From: Octopus vulgaris
Taxonomy: Eukaryota
DNA length: 64,000 nt
Reading direction: 5' to 3'
Assembly (NCBI GenBank): GCA_951406725.2
Contig: OX597832.1
Location: forward strand, 47,244,001-47,308,000
Shown in pieces: positions 57,436-64,000 of the stretch (positions within the stretch are counted from its first letter, which is position 1; each line of letters begins with the position of its first letter). Both the position numbers and the translations under genes were made by a program. Below the pieces are notes generated by a model. The model saw only the letters and a list, made by a program, of their open reading frames with translations, had not been told where the DNA came from and did not search any database.

Positions 57436-57890
57436 TCCTCTTCCTCTTCTTCTTCTTGTTCTTCTTCCTCTTCTTCTTCTTGTTCTTCTTTCTCTTCTTC
57501 TTCTTCTCTTTCTTCTTCTCCTCCTCTTCCTCTTCCTCTTCTTCTTGTTCTTCTTCCTCTTCTTCTTGTTCTTCTTCCTCTTCTTCTTCTTCTCTTTCTT
57601 CTTCTTCTTCTCCTCCTCCTTCTTCTTCTTCTTCTTCCTCCTCTTCTCCTCCTTCTTCTTCTTCTTCATCTTCTTCTCTTTCTTCTTCTTCTTCTCCTCC
57701 TTCTTCTTCTTCTTCTTCTTCTTCTCCTTCTTCTTCTTCTTCTTCTTCTTCTTCTTCTTCTTCTTCTCCTTCTTTTTCGTGTCGTCGTCAACGTCATTGT
57801 TGTTGATATCCTGTTCCTTTGCAGCCAGTATTTTCCCTTTAATTATCACTCGCATCGTTACCACTGTCACCATTTTCATCATCATCAACC

Positions 57891-57931
<41 letters not shown>

Positions 57932-58484
57932 TTCATCATATTCTTCGAAGCTACAATTCCTCAACGTTATCGTCATCATCATCATCATCATCACCGTCGT
58001 CTTCATCATCCTCATTATCGTTATCTTCTTCACCCTCATCATTCACGTCATATCTTCATCATCATCATCATCATCATCATAATCATCATTATCATCAGCT
58101 CTTTTTTCATCGTCGTCGTCATCGTCATCACCGTTGTCATCAACGTCATTGTCATTCACATCCTATTCACTTGCAGTCAATCTTTTGTCTTTAGTTATCG
58201 GCTCCATGATAGCCATTGTCATCTTTGTCATCATCGTCATCCTCATCATCATCATCATCGTCGTCGTCGTCATCATTCTTTCATTATCTTCATCATATTC
58301 CAGAAACCGCCTTCATATTCTTCGACGTACTCAAGATACAGTTCATCAACTTTATTACCATCATCATCGTCATCATCATCACCCACATCATCATCATCAT
58401 CGTCATCATCATCATGCACATCATCATCATCGTCATCATCATCATCATCATCGTCATCATCATCATCATCATCATCATCACCCA

Positions 58485-58518
<34 letters not shown>

Positions 58519-58647
58519 GTCATCATCATCATCATCATCATCATCACCCACATCATCATCATCATCATCACCCACATCATCATTATCACCCACATCATCA
58601 TCATCATCATCACCCACATCATCATCATCATCACCCACATCATCATC

Positions 58648-58679
<32 letters not shown>

Positions 58680-58900
58680 CATCATCACTATCATTACTAC
58701 GAACAATACAACCGTGATTACCTTAGCTACCAATAACACCATCGTAAACTTCGTCTCCAGCATCACCCCCTTACATCAACAATTTCCTCATCAGCCACAC
58801 TCCATTATCATCACCATTAGCCCTTCATCGCCATCGTCATCATCATCATGGTGAGCATCATCATCATGATCATCACCACCATCATCATCATCATAGTATC
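57290..58900. repeat. Compound trinucleotide low-complexity block, (TCT)n and (CAT)n
   Basis: Direct inspection. Similar blocks lie at 4455-4660, 47060-47640, 49355-49675, 55498-55740 and 59215-59400. Confidence 0.95.
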
Positions 58901-59227
58901 GTTACTCTAGTACTTTTGCTCCAAAATATTTTCATACTCTACCTGTCAACATATTTCCCTTTGGACTTCGCCCTCATATTCCAAATTGATTTTTTTTAAG
59001 ATTATTTTTTCAACTTTCACTTTCTGTTTTGTTTTGTTTTATTTTGTTTTTTTAAATTCTTTTTGCACTTATTCTTCAAATTCTTTCATTCCTTATTTGC
59101 CCCTTCAATTTTCTTCATTTATGTCGCTTTTTCTTCTTTCGCATATTCTATCGTATATATAATTCTTTACCCCACACCTTAGGCTATTTTTCATCACTTT
59201 AACCCTCCCATCATAATCTCATTATTA

Positions 59228-59291
<64 letters not shown>

Positions 59292-59339
59292 CACCATCAT
59301 CATCATCATCATCATCATCATTATCATCATCATCATCAA

Positions 59340-59372
<33 letters not shown>

Positions 59373-59498
59373 TATTATTATTATTATTATTATCATTATC
59401 TCCTTTACTTCCTCTTCTTTTTCCTTTTCATCTTCAATATTTCTTTTTCAAAGCCTTCCCCTTTTCATTTCTTCTCTTCTTCAGCTTCGATTTCTTCG

Positions 59499-59572
<74 letters not shown>

Positions 59573-60084
59573 ACTTCTCCCTTCATTTCTTAATTCTTCT
59601 CCGAATTCTTCAAACGTTATTTTCGTCTGTTTTTTTTTTTTTCATTTTCCTTCACTTATATTATATTCTTATCGTCTTCTTCGCTATTACCTAGATTACA
59701 CTCCCTCTCTTTCTCTTATTCTTATTCCTTTCTTCTTCTTTGATCATGCATTGTTCTTTATTTGATACTTCAACCATTTTCTTTAATTTCTCTATGCTTC
59801 TCTGAATTTTGAAATTTTATTTAATAGCTTATTTACGTTCTCTTCTTCTTTTTCTTCGTCTGATACTACTCCTACTACTACTACTACTACTACTACGGGA
59901 GGTACTTTTTTTCACCCTTCCTTCTCAACTTTCTTGCTTATTGTTGTTTTTTTATGACCATTTGTGTCTTCGAAATTTCTTTGATCTTTCTCAAATTTTC
60001 GGTTCTCCTTCGATTGTCCATTTAATGTCTTTTATTTAACATAAACTAGGTCTTCTTTGTCTACTTCTAATTGTTATTATTTGT

Positions 60085-60838
60085 AACGGCCCCTTGCGTT
60101 CTGGGTTCAAACTCCACCGAGGTCGACTTTGCCTCTCTTCCTTTAATGGTAGATAAAATAAGGACTGGTTGAGCGTTGGGGTGGATGTAATCGACTCGCC
60201 CTCGTCCCTCAAAATTTCAGTCCTTGTCCTTATAGTAAAAAGTAACACGCCGGACAAAATACTTAGCAGTATTTCGTTCGTCTTTATATTCCGAGATCAA
60301 ATTCTGCAGAGGTCGACTTGGCCATTTATCCTTTCGAGGTAGATAAAATAAATATTAATTACACAGTCGAGTCGATGAAAACGACTAGCCCCATTCCCAT
60401 AGTGTTTATAGTAGAAATAAAATAAAAATAATTCTTTTATTTGTTTCAGTCATTTGAGTGTAGCCATGCATGAGCACCGCCTTTAGACGAACAAATCAAT
60501 CCCAGGACTTATTCTTTGTAACCCTAGTACTTATTCTATTGGTCTTTCTTTCTGCCGAACCGATAAGTTACGGGGACGTAAACATGCCAACATCGGCTGT
60601 CAGGCGACGGTAGGAAGACAAACACAGACACGACACACAGACACACACACACACACACACACACAAATATATATATATACACGACGGGCTTCTTTCAGTT
60701 TCCATCTACCAAATTAACTCATAAGGCTTTGGTCAGCCCGAGGCTATAGTAGAAGAGACTTGTCCATGGAGCCACGCAGTAGGACTGAACCCGGAACCAT
60801 GTGGCTGGTAAGCAAGCTACTTACCACACAGCCACTCC

Positions 60839-60872
<34 letters not shown>

Positions 60873-60879
60873 ATTATTA

Positions 60880-60934
<55 letters not shown>

Positions 60935-61160
60935 CATTATTATAAAGAATCCGTCAGCTAGGGAATGGATAGCACGCCGAACAAATATAATGCGTAAGAG
61001 TATTTCTTCCTGTTTTTTGTTGAGTTCAAGTGCCGCCGACACCCATTTTGCCTTGCATCCTTTCGGGGTCTAGAAAAAAGGGACCAATTGGCGCACTGAG
61101 GTCGATGTAATCGACTCATACCCTCCCACAAACTTGCTGGCCTTGTACCAAAATTTGAAA
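60085..61160. mobile_element. SINE cluster: family A (+) copies flanking a family B (-) copy at about 60435-60839
   Basis: gttctgggttcaaactccaccgaggtcgactttgcc, and a family B copy ending agcaagctacttaccacacagccactcc. Confidence 0.8.
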
Positions 61161-61182
61161 GCATTGTTATTATTATTATAAT

Positions 61183-61540
61183 TACTACCGCCTTAGCGAA
61201 GCCGGAGGTATTGTTTGCAGTCGTGTTTGTTTGACCGTGGACAAAATATCTCAAGAACCGCTGAATGGATTCGGATGAAACTTTCAGAGACGCTTGGCCT
61301 CGTGACTGGCACGAACTGATTAGATTTTGGGATCGATTCGGTACCGGACAAAGATTCTGGATTATTTTTCCGGTTTTTCTTTACTTAATTCTTGAGAGTG
61401 TCGAGTTCATTTCTTTTGTATTCTTGTTTGTGAGAGCAGTCAAGTTTATTTCATATATTTTCATTTTTAAAAAATCATCTCGCTAATCCTTGAGAGGGCG
61501 CTGGTTTTGCTTTGGCGGAGTTTTACGAGTGCTCTTGTTA
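61183..61540 (+). mobile_element. Non-autonomous Helentron/DINE-1-like (HINE-type) element
   Basis: 5' taccgcc...ggaggtattg, a short gtttgt repeat, core aatatctcaagaaccgctgaatggattcggatgaaactttcag, and a 3' subterminal ttggcggag complementary to the 5' ccgcc. Lies between (TTA)n tracts. Confidence 0.6.
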
Positions 61541-61542
61541 TA

Positions 61543-61612
<70 letters not shown>

Positions 61613-62131
61613 GCTTGACTTTTGTTTTGTATTTGTAAGTTGACTCCTTTTGGAATCGAAAAAATTAGTGCCTGTTAAATATAGTGGGGTCCCTGTAATC
61701 GACTTCCATTCCTCCTAGCAACCATATGTTCTAGTATGTTGACAATATTCAATAATCCACACACATGTATGAATGCATATGTAAATTATGTGTGTGTGTG
61801 TGTATTATATTTTTGTTTTTGCTTTCATTTTACTTGTGTCAATCACTTGACTGCAACCATGCCGGGACATACGTATGCTTATATATATATATACGCATAC
61901 TAATATATAAATGTAGATATATATTCTTGCATATTTGTGTGTTTGAGTATTCATGTGCGTGTGTGATACTGTACATTCAGCGGATTGGGTATAGCTCACT
62001 AGACGTTAAAACATCTTGAATTTTAATTCTGAATTTCATGTTTCCGCTTATGCAAAGGATTCTATTATGCAGAATAGTATACTTAATAAAATAATTAATA
62101 TATACATGTATATATACATATATATGTATGT

Positions 62132-62176
<45 letters not shown>

Positions 62177-62969
62177 TATGTATGTATGTATATTTGTATG
62201 TATGTATGTATGTTTGTATGTATGTATGTATGTATTTGCGTGGGTCTGTATTCCCTATTACTTTTTTTAATATACCTCAGCTTTATTTAAATATGTACCA
62301 TCACCAGTTTCTTTGCCTTAATCTATATAACCATTATTACAATTAAAACCACTACCACTACTGCGACCACTGCTAATCGATATTGTTCTAGTGTGATCAA
62401 TACATACGTCACCAGACTGACTGGATTGGAATTATAAAACCACAATATCTTAAATGTTAATTATATTTGATGAAATGGCTGTTGAAATTGTCTGTTTCCT
62501 TGCAGACACTGTCACACATACATACACACATATTTACATAGGCACACATTCATATTGTATGTGTGTGTCTGTCTCTGCGTATGTGTGTCTGTATGAATAT
62601 GTATACAGGAAAGAGATTTTCTTAAATTAAAAATTATTAATTATATCGAAAAATCATTTATAAAACGTAGATTAACACAGACTTGATGGAAGGAAGTTGT
62701 TGTATCAAGCGCTTTTCGGTCTTTACAGCTTTTCAAACATGTTTCATAAGGTAATCCGCATTGTAGTAATTGTTTCCATTAGTAGTTTTCGCTAGTACCG
62801 ATTTAGTTTCGAATCGAAAATGTTTATAAAAGACTCTTTCTTTGATTTCATTATTCGTCCTTTACCTTGTTTATTTTGAAGAAGAGAAAGAAATGTACTG
62901 ACTTCTCCGTTCGCACACATATGTTGATGCTCACCTAATAGAACATATTCTTATTCTTTCGCTCTTTTC

Positions 62970-63261
62970 AATCCCAGCCAGGCTCATGGGCCCGGTTTCC
63001 CGGTTTCTGTGGCGTATGTGTTCCCCCCAGCTGAACGGGACGCCAGTCCATCGCAGCGTTACTCAAGAAACAGGAAGAGAGAGTAAGAGAAAGTTGTGAC
63101 GAAAGAGTACGACAGGGGTCGCCACCACCCCCTGCCGGAGCCTCGTGGAGCTTTGTAGGTGTTTTCGCTCAATAAACACACACAACGCTCGGTCTGGGAA
63201 TCGAAACCGCGATCCTCCGACCACGAGTCCGCTGCCCTACCCACTGGACCATTGCACCTCT
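62970..63261 (-). mobile_element. SINE with a family C head and a different tail
   Basis: The reverse complement of 63075-63260 matches 18840-19030. The 3' part (ccagccaggctcatgggcccggtttcccgg) differs. Confidence 0.82.
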
Positions 63262-63629
63262 ACAATAGAACATATGTTTATCAATATGGACTCGGTCCAT
63301 TTATTTGGTTCATGCTTGACGAATGTGGTTCTCACTGCATTGTGGACATGAAAAACGCTAAATGAGATCTTTTGTTTTGCAACTCATTTTTGCCACCATG
63401 AATAATTTTATAAAAGTTAATTTATAATTATTGTATATATACCATATTTCCTGATATTCCTCGTGCTAGTAAAAATGCATTAATATTATTGCAGAAATTG
63501 CAGTGATATATTCATTTAGAACAATTTGCTATAAATTCTTAACTTAATGAATACACAAGTGATTAATGCAAAAATAGTCTTACTCTGCTAACAAAAAGCT
63601 TACTTGAAAAACCTCTCATTAAAAAATTA

Positions 63630-64000
63630 GTTTCAAATTTTGGCAGAAGTTCAACAAGATTGTGGGAGGGGATAAGTCGATTATGTTGACCCAAATACTC
63701 AATTATTTTATTGACCTCGAAAGGTAGAAACGTAAAGTCGAAATTAGTGGAATTTGAACACAGAATATAAAGACGGACGAAATGTCATTAAACATTTTAC
63801 CCGGTGTAATAACTACTCTGTCAGCTCGTCACCTTTCTTCGCAGGAAAAATACCCATTAGAATAAATATCAATTTCAAATTTTGGCACAGGGCCAGCAAT
63901 TTTGAGGGAGGTGTTTAAGTAAATTGCATCGGTGCTCAACTGGTACTTATTTTATCGACCCCGAAAGGGACGAAAAGCAAAGTCGACTTCGGTGGAATTT
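63630..64000 (-). mobile_element. SINE family A, two copies (the second cut by the window end)
   Basis: tttcaaattttggca...gtcga...ggaatttgaac. Confidence 0.8.

Noticed and set aside
57262-58854. Long ORFs (up to 479 aa) rich in S, H, L, F and I
   Set aside because: They are translations of (TCT)n and (CAT)n repeats open in several frames on both strands, with no splice or domain support. The same applies to the YI, CV, HT and LSIY ORFs throughout the window.

Overview
AT-rich animal genomic DNA dense in microsatellites. The repeat families and microsatellite load suggest an octopod cephalopod (inference). Almost every ORF in the supplied track is a microsatellite artefact. Reading splice signals directly gives a + strand multi-exon gene for a single-pass membrane protein whose 5' end is not identified. 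The exons are 3681-3785 (transmembrane helix), 6159-6242, 18080-18212, an 11-nt microexon at 26358-26368 and 32219-32315, and they join into one open frame. Further exons are possible at 35562-35585 and near 43900. The introns hold many tRNA-derived SINEs, two internally deleted mariner elements, a deleted Tc1/mariner-superfamily element carrying a copy of nearby intron DNA, R4/Dong, RT and Penelope-like (PLE) remnants, a Helentron-like element and a 22-bp minisatellite. They also hold at least six minimal type I hammerhead-ribozyme-like motifs, mostly antisense to the gene, and three long (TA)n-associated palindromes. All calls are by eye and no searches were run.
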